Shown here: piece after piece, positions 11,159 through 21,112 of the stretch
Numbering within the stretch: the stretch's first letter is position 1
How the letters are laid out: each line of letters opens with the position of its first letter
Assembly: GCA_963662335.2 (NCBI GenBank)
Contig: CAXXVD010000003.1
Location: 64,001 to 128,000 of the forward strand
Source of the DNA: Chloroflexota bacterium
Lineage (GTDB): Bacteria; Chloroflexota; UBA11872; VXOZ01
Direction of reading: 5' to 3'
DNA: 64,000 nt
Translations under genes and position numbers: made by a program
The notes under the pieces: model-generated
The model's input: the letters and a program-made list of their open reading frames with translations, nothing else
Told to the model about the DNA's origin: nothing
The model's database searches: none

Positions 11159-12640
11159 ATGGAGACGAATTTCGTGGAGACTGCCGTAGCGGAGAAATAC
11201 CGCACCGTCATCGGCCTGGAGTTTCACGTCCAGCTTCTGACGCGGAGCAAGATGTTCTGCGCGTGCAGCGCGCAGTACGCCGCCAACCCGCCGAATACGG
11301 TGGTTTGCCCGGTCTGCCTCGGCTTGCCCGGCGCGCTGCCGGTCATCAACGAGAAGGTGATCGAGTGCATCGTGATGACGGGCATGGCGTTGAACTGCGC
11401 GATTCCCGAGTTCGCCAAGTTCGACCGCAAGAACTATCCCTATCCCGACCTGCCCAAGGGCTACCAGATTTCGCAGTACGACCTACCCTTCTGCATCGAG
11501 GGCCACCTGACCCTGGATGAAGAAGGCGGCGGGCGCACCATTGGCATCACGCGCGTGCACCAGGAGGAGGACACCGCCAAGTCCACCCACGTCACGGCGG
11601 ACAGCGGCGAGCGCTACTCGCTGGTGGACTTCAACCGCTCAGGCGTGCCCCTGATGGAGGTGGTGACCGAGCCGGACATCGCCTCGCCTGAAGAAGCGGC
11701 GGCCTTTGGCCGCAAACTGCGCCAGATCGTGCGCTATCTCGGCATCTCCACCGGCAACATGGAAGACGGCGCTATGCGCTGCGACGCCAATATCTCGGTC
11801 TGGCCGGCGGACGCGCCCACCGGCAACATCAAGGTGGAAGTGAAGAACATGAACTCGTTCCGCGCCGTGGAGCGGGCGCTGCGCTACGAGCAGGAACGGC
11901 AGACCCGCATCCTGGAGAGCGGCGCCGATACCCGCGTGACCGAGACCCGCGGCTGGGTGGAAACCAGCGGCGAGACCGTCTCCCAGCGCACCAAAGAGGA
12001 AGCCCACGACTACCGCTACTTTCCCGAACCGGACCTGCCGCCGCTGGAACTCGCGCGGGAATGGGTGGACGCCGTGCGGGAGCAACTGCCGGAGTTGCCC
12101 GCAGCCAAGAAGCAGCGCTTCATGAGCGAGTATGACCTCTCGGCCTACGACGCGGGCCTGCTCACGCAATCGCGGGAGTTGGCGGACTATTTTGAGGCAG
12201 CGGCGTTGCGCGCTAAGAGCGCGAAGGCCGTCGCGAATTGGATGTCGCGCAATCTGCTGCGGCGGCTCAATGAGTCGGACACCGAGCTCAGTGACTGCAA
12301 GATTGCGCCGGATGCGCTGGGCGAGTTGGTGCTGCTCATCGAATCGGGCGCAATCAGCAACCGCACCGCGCAGGAAGTCTTCGACGCGATGTTCGACACC
12401 GGCAAGAGCGCGCAAGCGATCGTCGCGGAGCAGGGCCTGGGGCAAATCAGCGACGAGGACGCGCTAGAGGAAATTGCCGCCAAAGTCATTGCGGAAAACC
12501 CCGCTGCTGTGCAAGACTTTAAACAGGGGAAGAAGCGCGCCGTCGGCTTCCTGGTCGGCCAGGTGATGAAGGCCACCCGCGGCAAGGCGAACCCCGGCAT
12601 CGTCAACCAAAAGCTGCAAGCGATGCTGCGCCGCGTTTGA
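11159..12640 (+). CDS. gatB: Asp/Glu-tRNA amidotransferase subunit B
   Basis: IGLEFH, FDRKNY.YPDLPKGYQISQ, DYRYFPEPDL, C-terminal GQVMKATRGKANP. Confidence 0.97.
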   Translation: METNFVETAVAEKYRTVIGLEFHVQLLTRSKMFCACSAQYAANPPNTVVCPVCLGLPGALPVINEKVIECIVMTGMALNCAIPEFAKFDRKNYPYPDLPKGYQISQYDLPFCIEGHLTLDEEGGGRTIGITRVHQEEDTAKSTHVTADSGERYSLVDFNRSGVPLMEVVTEPDIASPEEAAAFGRKLRQIVRYLGISTGNMEDGAMRCDANISVWPADAPTGNIKVEVKNMNSFRAVERALRYEQERQTRILESGADTRVTETRGWVETSGETVSQRTKEEAHDYRYFPEPDLPPLELAREWVDAVREQLPELPAAKKQRFMSEYDLSAYDAGLLTQSRELADYFEAAALRAKSAKAVANWMSRNLLRRLNESDTELSDCKIAPDALGELVLLIESGAISNRTAQEVFDAMFDTGKSAQAIVAEQGLGQISDEDALEEIAAKVIAENPAAVQDFKQGKKRAVGFLVGQVMKATRGKANPGIVNQKLQAMLRRV

Positions 12641-12765
12641 ACGCCTTGCGGCCCGTGCGCGCGAGACGCCGCGTCCTTGCGCTAGTCCGCCCGGCTCGAC
12701 GGAGAGCCGGAAGCTGTGCGCGGTTACCCCGGCAGAGACGCCGGCGACTGAGGAGGCAAAGTAGC

Positions 12766-14034
12766 ATGGCCGAACTTATCGAACAGCAACCCCGCGTCAA
12801 TCCGCTCACGATCGCGCTTGATCAATTCGACCGCACGGCGGAGATCCTGCACCTGGACGACGACATGCGCAAGGTGCTGCGCGTCCCCAAGCGCGAACTC
12901 ACGGTCAACTTTCCGGTGCGCATGGACGATGGCCGGCTGGAGATGTTCGCCGGCTACCGGGTGCAGCACAACGTGAACCGCGGCCCGGCCAAGGGTGGCA
13001 TCCGCTTTGCCCCGGACGTGGACATCGAGGAGGTGCGCGCCCTGGCCATGTGGATGACGTGGAAGTGCGCGCTCGTCGGCATTCCCTACGGCGGCGCGAA
13101 AGGCGGCGTGGCCTGCAATCCCAAGCAACTCTCCCGCACCGAACTGGAAGGCCTGACCCGCCGCTTTACCACCGAAATCTACACGCTCATCGGCCCGGAA
13201 TCCGACATCCCCGCGCCCGACATGAACACGGATTCGCAGATCATGGCCTGGATCATGGATACCTACAGCATGCAGAAGGGGTACTCCGTGCCGGCGGTGG
13301 TGACCGGCAAGCCGTTGGGCATCGGCGGCAGCGCCGGCCGCACCGAGGCCACCGGCCGCGGCGTGACCTACGTGCTGGAAGAGGTGCTGGGCCATTACGG
13401 CGAGCGCATCGCGGGCAAGACCGTCGCCATTCAGGGCTTTGGCAACGTGGGGGCGCACGCCGCCGAGTTGCTGGCGGCCCAAGGGGCGAAGGTGGTGGCA
13501 ATCTCGGACGTGAGCGGCGCGGTCTACAACGCGCGCGGGCTTGACATCAACGCGGCGCTGCAAATCAAGAACGAGGGCGTGCTGGTGAGCGACCTGCCCG
13601 GCGGCGAGCGCATCAGCAACGACGAACTGCTGGAACTGCCGGTGGACATCCTGGTGCCGGCCGCCGTGCACGGCCAGCTTACGGCGGAGAACGCCGAACA
13701 CATCCGCGCCCGCTACGTCGCCGAGGCCGCCAACGGCCCCACCACGCCAGAGGCGGACGAAATGCTCCGCGAGCGCGGCGTCACGGTCATTCCCGACGTG
13801 CTCTGCAACGCCGGCGGCGTGACCGTCTCCTACTTCGAGTGGGTGCAGGGCCTCCAGTCGTTCTTCTGGGAGATCGAGCAAATCCGGCGGCGGCTGAAGA
13901 GCATCCTCAGCCGCGCCACCCGCGAGACCATCGCCACCGCGGAGAAGTACGACGTGGACTTGCGCATGGGCGCGTCCGCCCTGGGCGTGAGCCGGGTGGC
14001 CGAGGCGACGCTGTCCCGTGGGATCTACCCCTAG
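12766..14034 (+). CDS. gdhA: Glu/Leu/Phe/Val dehydrogenase (glutamate dehydrogenase)
   Basis: GPAKGGIRF, PYGGAKGG, DIPAPD, QGFGNVG, NAGGVTVSYFEW; GAGGAGG RBS. Confidence 0.92.
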   Translation: MAELIEQQPRVNPLTIALDQFDRTAEILHLDDDMRKVLRVPKRELTVNFPVRMDDGRLEMFAGYRVQHNVNRGPAKGGIRFAPDVDIEEVRALAMWMTWKCALVGIPYGGAKGGVACNPKQLSRTELEGLTRRFTTEIYTLIGPESDIPAPDMNTDSQIMAWIMDTYSMQKGYSVPAVVTGKPLGIGGSAGRTEATGRGVTYVLEEVLGHYGERIAGKTVAIQGFGNVGAHAAELLAAQGAKVVAISDVSGAVYNARGLDINAALQIKNEGVLVSDLPGGERISNDELLELPVDILVPAAVHGQLTAENAEHIRARYVAEAANGPTTPEADEMLRERGVTVIPDVLCNAGGVTVSYFEWVQGLQSFFWEIEQIRRRLKSILSRATRETIATAEKYDVDLRMGASALGVSRVAEATLSRGIYP

Positions 14035-14052
14035 AGGATGTTTGCGCAAGCA

Positions 14053-14190
14053 CCGTTCGTGCTGAGCACTTCGACGAGCTCAGTACAGGCCTGGCGAAGC
14101 GCGAACGGCGCTTCGCCATCTCCCGGCAACCCCGTTTACCCTGCGACGCGGCTCAGGACTGCGACCCTTCGGCAAGTTCAGGGCGAACGG
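14053..14190. repeat. REP family E cluster with a nested inverted copy
   Basis: CCGTTCGTGCTGAGC[ACTTCGACGAGCTCAGTACAG]GCCTGGCGAAG, then CCCTTCGGCAAGTTCAGGGCGAACGG. Confidence 0.7.
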
Positions 14191-14308
14191 TTAAGGGAAT
14201 CTGTCGTTGGTTCGACGTGACTTTGCTTTCGTGTAACGCGCTTGGTACTTTGGGTGAGTGCTATCGGCCCGCGCTTGCGTCAGCGTTCAGCCAACGAAAG
14301 GTCAACTC

Positions 14309-16264
14309 ATGAACATTCGCGCCTACCTCTGCCAGGAAGCCCGCCGTATGCATGCCGAGTCGCTGCAAGATCTGCCTGCGCCCAACGATTGGACGCAGGC
14401 GCGGGAGGAGTGGCTGGCGCAGTACTACGCCATGATGGGCGTGTCCAGCCACATGGCGCTGGCGGAGCGGCCGCCGCTCAATGTGCAGATTACCAAAGAG
14501 ACCGAGCGCGACGGCTACCGCATCCAGAACCTGCACTACGAGGCCCTGCCCGGCCTCTACGTCACCGGCAACCTCTATCTCCCCACGAACGTTGCCGGGC
14601 CTGTGCCGGGCGTGCTCTACGTTTGCGGCCACGCCCAGAAGCAGAAAGAGCACTACCAGGCGCATCCGCGCAAGTTCGCCCAACTCGGTTTCGCCTGCCT
14701 GCTGGTGGAGACCATCCAGCTTGGCGAGATCGAGGGACACCACCACGGCACCTTTCATCGCGGCTGGTTCAACTGGTACAGCCAGGGCTACACGCCGGCC
14801 GGCGTGGAACTCTGGAACGGCGTGCGGGCGCTCGACCTGCTGGCGGGGCTGCCGGCAGTCGACGGCGACCGTATGGGAGTTACCGGCATCTCCGGCGGCG
14901 GCGCGGTAAGTTGGTGGGTGGCCGCCGCGGACGAGCGCGTGCGGGTAGTCGCGCCGGTCTGCGGCACGGCCACGTTTGCCTCCCACGTCTGCGAGCGCAC
15001 CGTGGACGGCCACTGCGACTGCATGTTCTTCGTGAACGCCTACGGTTGGGAACTGGCGGACGTGGCCCGCCTGATCGCGCCGCGGCCCATGCTCATCGGC
15101 TCGGCCAACCGCGACGGCATCTTCCACATCCGCGCCATCCGCGAGACCTTTGCCGGCACGAAAGCCATCTACGACCACCTGGGCGCGAGCGATAACGTGC
15201 GCCTGGTGGAGACGCCCGGCCCCCACTCCTACCACGCCAATTCGCGGCGCGCCATCTTCTCGTGGTTCCTGCGGCATCTGGAAGGAAAAGAGGTGTCGGA
15301 GGAAGCGGTGGGCGACGTCGACGAGAGTCCTGATGCGCAAGAGGACGCGGCCACGCTGCGGGTCTACGGCAACGGCGTGCCGCCCGCCGAGCGGGTCTCG
15401 ACCATCCAGGAAGATTTCTTTACCTTGCCGGAACTGCCGAGCATTTCTACGGCGGAAGAGTTGGCGGCCGCGCGGAAGCAGGCGCGCGCCGGCCTCAAAG
15501 AGACCTCGTTCCGCCACTTTCCCGCTGCGCCGTGCGCGCTGGACGCGGAAGTGGAGTATGAAATCGGGCGCGGCGACGCGGTGGCGGGCGGCAGGTTCGC
15601 CTTTACGCCGGAGGGCGGCTGGCGCTTGCACGGCGCGTGGACGTTGCCGGAAGCCGGCACCGACGCGCCGGCCGTGCTCGCGCTGCGCGCGCCCCACGAG
15701 CCGCGCAAAGCTACCGAAGAGTGGCTGCAAGGGTTCGATGGCTCTTGGGCGCGGGTGGCGGCGGAGCCGCGCGGCACGGGCGACACCGCCTGGGGCGCGG
15801 AACTCGACTGGCACGTGCGCCGGGCCGCCATGCTCACCGGCCGCACCATCGCCTCCATGCAGGTCTACGACGCCCTGCGCGCGCTGGAAGCCCTTGCGCA
15901 TTTGCCCGGCGTTGACGGCACGCGGGTTGCCCTGGCGGGACGCGGCCAAATGGCGGTGGTGGCGCTCTACGCGGCTTTGCTCCACGGCAACGTGGCGGCG
16001 CTTATCTTGAGCGACCTGCCGCCGTCCCTCAGCGCGCCCTCTAATCCCGACGGCAGCGGCATTGCCAGCGAGATTCTCTTTGCGTTGCAACACGCCGACC
16101 TGCCCCAGGCCGCCGGCCTGCTCTGGCCCACGGAATTGGTCTTCCTCGGCCCGCGCCCCGGCACGTTCGGCTGGACGGAAGATCTCTATCACCGCCTCGG
16201 CGCGCCGGGCAAGATACGCCACGTGATGAATCTTGGGCAGTGGCAGCCCGGCGCCACCGTCTAG
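14309..16264 (+). CDS. Two-domain alpha/beta hydrolase (acetylxylan esterase-like)
   Basis: GISGGG nucleophile elbow, YVCGH, LIAPRP; second degenerate hydrolase domain. Confidence 0.8.
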   Translation: MNIRAYLCQEARRMHAESLQDLPAPNDWTQAREEWLAQYYAMMGVSSHMALAERPPLNVQITKETERDGYRIQNLHYEALPGLYVTGNLYLPTNVAGPVPGVLYVCGHAQKQKEHYQAHPRKFAQLGFACLLVETIQLGEIEGHHHGTFHRGWFNWYSQGYTPAGVELWNGVRALDLLAGLPAVDGDRMGVTGISGGGAVSWWVAAADERVRVVAPVCGTATFASHVCERTVDGHCDCMFFVNAYGWELADVARLIAPRPMLIGSANRDGIFHIRAIRETFAGTKAIYDHLGASDNVRLVETPGPHSYHANSRRAIFSWFLRHLEGKEVSEEAVGDVDESPDAQEDAATLRVYGNGVPPAERVSTIQEDFFTLPELPSISTAEELAAARKQARAGLKETSFRHFPAAPCALDAEVEYEIGRGDAVAGGRFAFTPEGGWRLHGAWTLPEAGTDAPAVLALRAPHEPRKATEEWLQGFDGSWARVAAEPRGTGDTAWGAELDWHVRRAAMLTGRTIASMQVYDALRALEALAHLPGVDGTRVALAGRGQMAVVALYAALLHGNVAALILSDLPPSLSAPSNPDGSGIASEILFALQHADLPQAAGLLWPTELVFLGPRPGTFGWTEDLYHRLGAPGKIRHVMNLGQWQPGATV

Positions 16265-16327
16265 ACTTTCGGAGAGCCGTCTTGTCCCATTTCCCATTGG
16301 GAGAGTGTTTGGGTGAGGGGAATTGAA

Positions 16328-16359
16328 GTGTAGGGGCACGACATGTCGTGCCCCTACAC
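16328..16359. repeat. REP family G perfect palindrome
   Basis: GTGTAGGGGCACGACATGTCGTGCCCCTACAC, core identical to 4237-4264. Confidence 0.85.
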
Positions 16360-16379
16360 CGTGTCTGCGGACCGCGGCG

Positions 16380-17876
16380 CTACCCAGCCGTTCCGCGTCC
16401 CTCCGGCACCACGTGGCCTGTCGGATCGGGCCACTGATAGACTCCGGGCCGCATGGTCTGGAGGGCGCTCACTACCGTTTGCGGGCCTTCCTGGGCCACC
16501 TTCTTCAGCGGGTCGGGCCAACCCTGGAGTTGCTGCTCTTCCCACTGCCAGAGGCGGTATTCCAGGTCCCGCGTGACTTCGGGATGGGCTTCAGCCACGT
16601 TCCGCTCTTCCCGCGGGTCGTTCGCCAGGTCGAAAAGCTGGGTTAGCGGCCAGTTCATGAGCCCGCCGTGGTAGCTCTTGATGAGCTTCCAATCGCGCCC
16701 GTCGGCCGCGCCGATAGTGCGGATTGCCCGCTGCGCCGACCACAGGCCGTGTTCCAAGTACACGTAGTCGCGCCGGGGGTCAGGCTCCGGCTCGCCGCGC
16801 AGCATCCCCAGCAGCGAGCGCCCCTGCCAGCCCGCCGGGGTTTCCAGGCCGGCCACGTCGCAGAGGGTCGGGCCAATATCCAGGGTATAGCCGGCCGCGT
16901 CCACCACCGTGCCCGGCGCAATGCCGCCGCCCGGCCAGCGCGCCAGCAGCCAGATGTGGGCGTCGGTCTCGTAGACGCCCCAGTGGTCGCCGTAGACGCT
17001 GTGCTCGCCCTGGTTCTCGCCGTGGTCGGTGGCGGCAATGACAAAGGTGTCGTCCAGCACGCCCGCTTGCTCCAGCGCGTCCAGCAGCCGCCCCACGTAT
17101 TCGTCGCAAAAGGCAATCTCCGCGTCGTACATCGCCAGCCAGTAGTCGAAGTCCGCCTTGCCCCAGATGCGGTGCGAGCCGGCGGAATTCGGCATGTGGG
17201 CGTAGCGCGCGGCATCTTCCCGGATTCGTTCGTCCGGCGGCCAGTCCGGCGGCGGATAGGCCAGCATGGTATCCACGTACGATTGTGGCGACTTGTATGA
17301 CTGATGCGGGTCCCAATAGTGAACGTACAAGAAGAAGTCGTCCTGGGCGTGATCTGCCAGCCAGGCGAGGGCGTGGGCGGTAATTTCCGGCGCTTGCACG
17401 CGGCTGTGCGCCAGATGCCATTGGGGCCGGTAGTACGCATTCCAGCCCGTGCGGAACCAGGAAGCCTGGTCCGCGAACGTGGAGACCGCCGCCGTGCGCA
17501 AGCCCGCCGGGCCCTTGTGCGCGGCCAGATGCTGCTGCACCTGCGGCACGCGGCTGCCTATAGGCGGATACGTTGGCCCGGCGTAGCGGGCGTCCTGTTC
17601 CCAGGGCTTGGTGTTCAGTTCACCCGCCGGACGCCCGTAGTCGCCAATCGCCTGCGCCCGCTCGCCGTGGGTGAGCAGGCCGGTCTTGATGCCCCAGCGG
17701 CCCGTGAAGATGCTGGCGCGCGCCGGCACGCAGGGCGTATCGGCGGCGTACATGTGTGTGAAGCGCGCCCCTTCCGCCGCAATGCGGTCGAGGTTGGGCG
17801 TGGTGGGCCGGGCGTAGCCGTAGCAGCCGATGTGGTCCCGGCGCAGGGAGTCGATGTCTATGTAGAGGACTTTCAT
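16380..17876 (-). CDS. Sulfatase (formylglycine-dependent)
   Basis: IDIDSLR.D, CVPAR (CxPxR), TDHG, LFDL..DP.E..N. Confidence 0.92.
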   Translation of the reverse strand: MKVLYIDIDSLRRDHIGCYGYARPTTPNLDRIAAEGARFTHMYAADTPCVPARASIFTGRWGIKTGLLTHGERAQAIGDYGRPAGELNTKPWEQDARYAGPTYPPIGSRVPQVQQHLAAHKGPAGLRTAAVSTFADQASWFRTGWNAYYRPQWHLAHSRVQAPEITAHALAWLADHAQDDFFLYVHYWDPHQSYKSPQSYVDTMLAYPPPDWPPDERIREDAARYAHMPNSAGSHRIWGKADFDYWLAMYDAEIAFCDEYVGRLLDALEQAGVLDDTFVIAATDHGENQGEHSVYGDHWGVYETDAHIWLLARWPGGGIAPGTVVDAAGYTLDIGPTLCDVAGLETPAGWQGRSLLGMLRGEPEPDPRRDYVYLEHGLWSAQRAIRTIGAADGRDWKLIKSYHGGLMNWPLTQLFDLANDPREERNVAEAHPEVTRDLEYRLWQWEEQQLQGWPDPLKKVAQEGPQTVVSALQTMRPGVYQWPDPTGHVVPEGRGTAG

Positions 17877-17913
17877 CTCTATACCGGAATGACCGTCGTC
17901 TCCTTGCCTTCCC

Positions 17914-18072
17914 GTAGCGCGGGGGCTTGTCCCCCGCCGGAGCCATTGAAACTGACACGCACAGGATTGACTCAACAGATTCGCAGGTTACAAACCTGCG
18001 CTACCAGAAGTCTGGGACGCGAGTTTTGCTGTCTCTTTGTTTAATGCGACACCATTAGGGCTTGTCCCCCGC
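17914..18072. mobile_element. MITE copy 1 (left terminal repeat absent), containing REP-A and REP-B
   Basis: Right TIR TTAATGCGACACCATTA at 18041-18057 followed by GGGCTTGTCCCCC; internal order matches the copies at 28522 and 58978. Confidence 0.6.
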
Positions 18073-18112
18073 CGAAACAAGGCCGCACTCGCGCAAGGCT
18101 ATACTCTAATGC

Positions 18113-19150
18113 CTATACCGGAATGACCGTCGTCTCCCGGCCCTCCCGCAGCGCCACCGCGTCGGCGATCATGCGCTGGAAGTCGTGCTGAGGCGCGTAC
18201 TTCACCCGCGATTTCGCCGCGCTGTTATCCGCCCAGTACTGCCAGCAGGCCGGGGCTTCCCAATCGAGCACCGGCAGACCGAGCAGGTCGCTGAGCACCG
18301 CCGTGCCCTCGCTGAAAGGAATCGCGTAGGGGCCGTGCATGTTAAGGGTTTCGCCAATCGCGCCGTCCTCTTCCAACGCCTGGATGATGCCGTGCACCAC
18401 GTCGCGGGCGTCGGTGCGGTGCCACAGCCAGGGATTGCCGTCGCGGTCGTGATAGTTTATCAGCAGCTTGGCGGGGTCGTCCGTGCGCTGCTTCACGGCC
18501 TCCGCGAGCTTAGCGACGTTCTCTGCCATCTCAGGATGCCACAGCGGGCCGCGCTGGGCTACACTAGCTTCACGATATTGCTGCGCAGCGATACCTGCGG
18601 TCCAGCCGTTGAATATCTCTTCCCCGGCGAGGATCGCGCCGGGACGAATGATGGTTGTCTTCAGCCCGTACTCACGGCGGTAGTGCGCCACCATTTCCTC
18701 GTTCAGCACCTTGATCATGCCGTACTCTTTGATCGGCAGGCGCGGGTGCCGCTCGTCAACCGGCGCGTAGAGCAGCGAGGGCATAGGGTAGACCGTATCG
18801 CTGCTGATGTGGACGAAGCGGTGCAGCCGGTCGCCCTGCTCCGCCACCGCTTGCAGCAGGCGCATGGTGCCGGTGGTGTTGATGTCGTAGTACGTGAATT
18901 TCTCCATGCTGGGCGGCCGGGACATGACGCACGCCGTATGCACCACGGCGTCGATCCCTGCCGCCGCCTGGGCAATGCCTTCCGTATCGTCCAGGCCGAC
19001 GTTCGCGATTTCTATATCAAAAGCGTCGAGCTTATCCGCCTTGGGGTCGCCGGGAAAAACCATGCCCCGCACCTGATGGCCCCGGGCGAGCAATTCCTTG
19101 GTCAGATTCGTACCCACGCGTCCCGACGCGCCAGAGAGCAGTATTCGCAC
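18113..19150 (-). CDS. NAD-dependent epimerase/dehydratase
   Basis: GASGRVG, HISS, YGMIK (YxxxK); AAGGAG upstream of GTG 19150. Confidence 0.88.
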   Translation of the reverse strand: MRILLSGASGRVGTNLTKELLARGHQVRGMVFPGDPKADKLDAFDIEIANVGLDDTEGIAQAAAGIDAVVHTACVMSRPPSMEKFTYYDINTTGTMRLLQAVAEQGDRLHRFVHISSDTVYPMPSLLYAPVDERHPRLPIKEYGMIKVLNEEMVAHYRREYGLKTTIIRPGAILAGEEIFNGWTAGIAAQQYREASVAQRGPLWHPEMAENVAKLAEAVKQRTDDPAKLLINYHDRDGNPWLWHRTDARDVVHGIIQALEEDGAIGETLNMHGPYAIPFSEGTAVLSDLLGLPVLDWEAPACWQYWADNSAAKSRVKYAPQHDFQRMIADAVALREGRETTVIPV

Positions 19151-19319
19151 CGGCTTCACTCCTTGATTCTTTGTTAGTTTCTGGGACGATGATACGCAAG
19201 CCGCTACCTCGGCGCAATGTGACGGCACACAACGCTGAACCGCCCCTTACGCGGACAACGCGCAAGAGGCGGTTCACATTCGTCACAAGCCAAGGCGATT
19301 CTCGCCAAGCGCGCGAAGT

Positions 19320-20726
19320 CTATTGAAGCACGGAGTTCGCCAGCGTTTCGTCCAAGACTTCCTGGGCCAGTTGGTCGCCTTCTTCCAGGGCCTCCTGGAT
19401 GGTTACTTCCTTCCTGAAGATAGTCCGCGCCATGTTCAAGTGGATGCCGATGAGGCCGATGCCGCCCGGCGCGCCGACTACGAAACCGGCGACCGCCATC
19501 GAATCCACGGCCTCCCGGCGCAACGGATCACCCTGGATGAAGTCCTCGCTGTTGGCGACGGACTTGCGCATGGGCAGGCGGCTCTTGCCCAACGCGTGGC
19601 GGAGGTCCTGCGGGGCCTCGAAGAGCCACTCGATGAACGTAAACGCCTGCTCCGGATTCTTGGAGCCGTTGGGAATGATGTTGTCGCCGCAGCCGCTGTA
19701 CGTCACGGTATTGCCGCCCGGCGGGATAGGCAGCGCGGCTGCGCTGTAGTCGAGTTTGTCGAAGCCCGCCTTGTAATTGGGCTGATGCGGCGTGTCATAG
19801 ATTGTATAGAGCATGCTGACGCCGCGGTCGGTGAAGGCTATCCGCGGATCGGTATCGCCCCGGAACTCATCCGCCGCCTCGAAGCCATCCTGCAAGTCGT
19901 AGATCCGGAGCATGTGCTCGAACGCGCGTACGGTTATCTCGTTGTCGAGCGTCGAGGTGCTGTCGTCCGCACTGATAATGGCGCCGCCCAACTGCCAGAC
20001 CGCTACCATCCAGCACGCGAAGATGCTGCCGGGGCCCCAGTGCGGGGTGTAGCCGAGCTGGGTGATCTTCTGGCCCTCTCTCTTTGTCATCCTGCCAATT
20101 GCGCTGTAGAGGTCGTCCCACGTGGCCGGCGGGTTCTCCGGGTCCAGGCCGGCCTCGATCATGTTTTCGTGGCCGATGAAGAGCGTGCGGGCGTCGGGCG
20201 TAAAGGGCATGCCAAACTGGCGCCCCTGCCACACCGCGTCATTCAAGATTTCTTCCCACATGTCGCCGGTGTCGATGATGGCGGAAGCCTTGACCATGTC
20301 GGTCATCTCGGACGCCAGGCCGCCGTGGGCAAGAGTCTTGATGGTGAAGCGCGGCGCAAACGACATGTCGGGCGCGGCGTCGGCCGCCACCGCCGCGGGC
20401 AGTTTCTCGAACGTCTCGCTCCACGGCGTGGGCATGGTGTTGATGAAGATGGCGTCCTGCATTGCGTTGAACTCGTCGCGCAGTTCCAGTCCCACGCCCT
20501 CGGTGAACGACGCCCAGAAGCCGTTGAGCGACCAGAAGTCAACCTGCACGGTCTCCGCCTGGGGCGCTTCGGCTTCTGCTTCCTTCTCTTCCATCTCCGG
20601 CGCTTCATCCGCAACCGGGGCCGCTACCTGCCCGCACGCCGCCAGCAGTCCCGCGCCGCCGACCATGCCGCCAACGCCCAGCAGCAGCCGCCGGGTCAAG
20701 CCTACGTTCTGTACACCAGCCATCAT
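19320..20726 (-). CDS. ABC transporter extracellular solute-binding lipoprotein, Tat exported
   Basis: TRRLLL, LLAAC, PPATWDDL, SBP family 1 pattern. Confidence 0.88.
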   Translation of the reverse strand: MMAGVQNVGLTRRLLLGVGGMVGGAGLLAACGQVAAPVADEAPEMEEKEAEAEAPQAETVQVDFWSLNGFWASFTEGVGLELRDEFNAMQDAIFINTMPTPWSETFEKLPAAVAADAAPDMSFAPRFTIKTLAHGGLASEMTDMVKASAIIDTGDMWEEILNDAVWQGRQFGMPFTPDARTLFIGHENMIEAGLDPENPPATWDDLYSAIGRMTKREGQKITQLGYTPHWGPGSIFACWMVAVWQLGGAIISADDSTSTLDNEITVRAFEHMLRIYDLQDGFEAADEFRGDTDPRIAFTDRGVSMLYTIYDTPHQPNYKAGFDKLDYSAAALPIPPGGNTVTYSGCGDNIIPNGSKNPEQAFTFIEWLFEAPQDLRHALGKSRLPMRKSVANSEDFIQGDPLRREAVDSMAVAGFVVGAPGGIGLIGIHLNMARTIFRKEVTIQEALEEGDQLAQEVLDETLANSVLQ

Positions 20727-21112
20727 TGCTCTCCTCTAGGTACTTCCCTCTCTACGCATCACTCCCACCGGACGCCCGTGGCCGGGCTGCGCTGCCGCGC
20801 CCGCCACTCGGCTCTCCGGGGGAACCGCTACCAAGAATTGCCAACGAACGCTCCGCCTCCTTTCCCGCTTCACTATCTTGCCCTGCATCATATCAATTGA
20901 CTGGAAGCGCGACAAACGTGAATCGCGGCAAGAAATCCCGCAAGCACTGGCAGAAGCATGTGTTGGGTGACTTCGTCGAAGACGGCGCAATCCGCCTCAG
21001 CGGTTGCTGCGACAGCATTGGGGTTTGATCCCCGCCTCCCCGTGTCGGGCACGGGGCTGGCTTGGCGGAAAACGGCGGACAGTAGTCCGAACACGCTATC
21101 CCTGGCAAGGGC

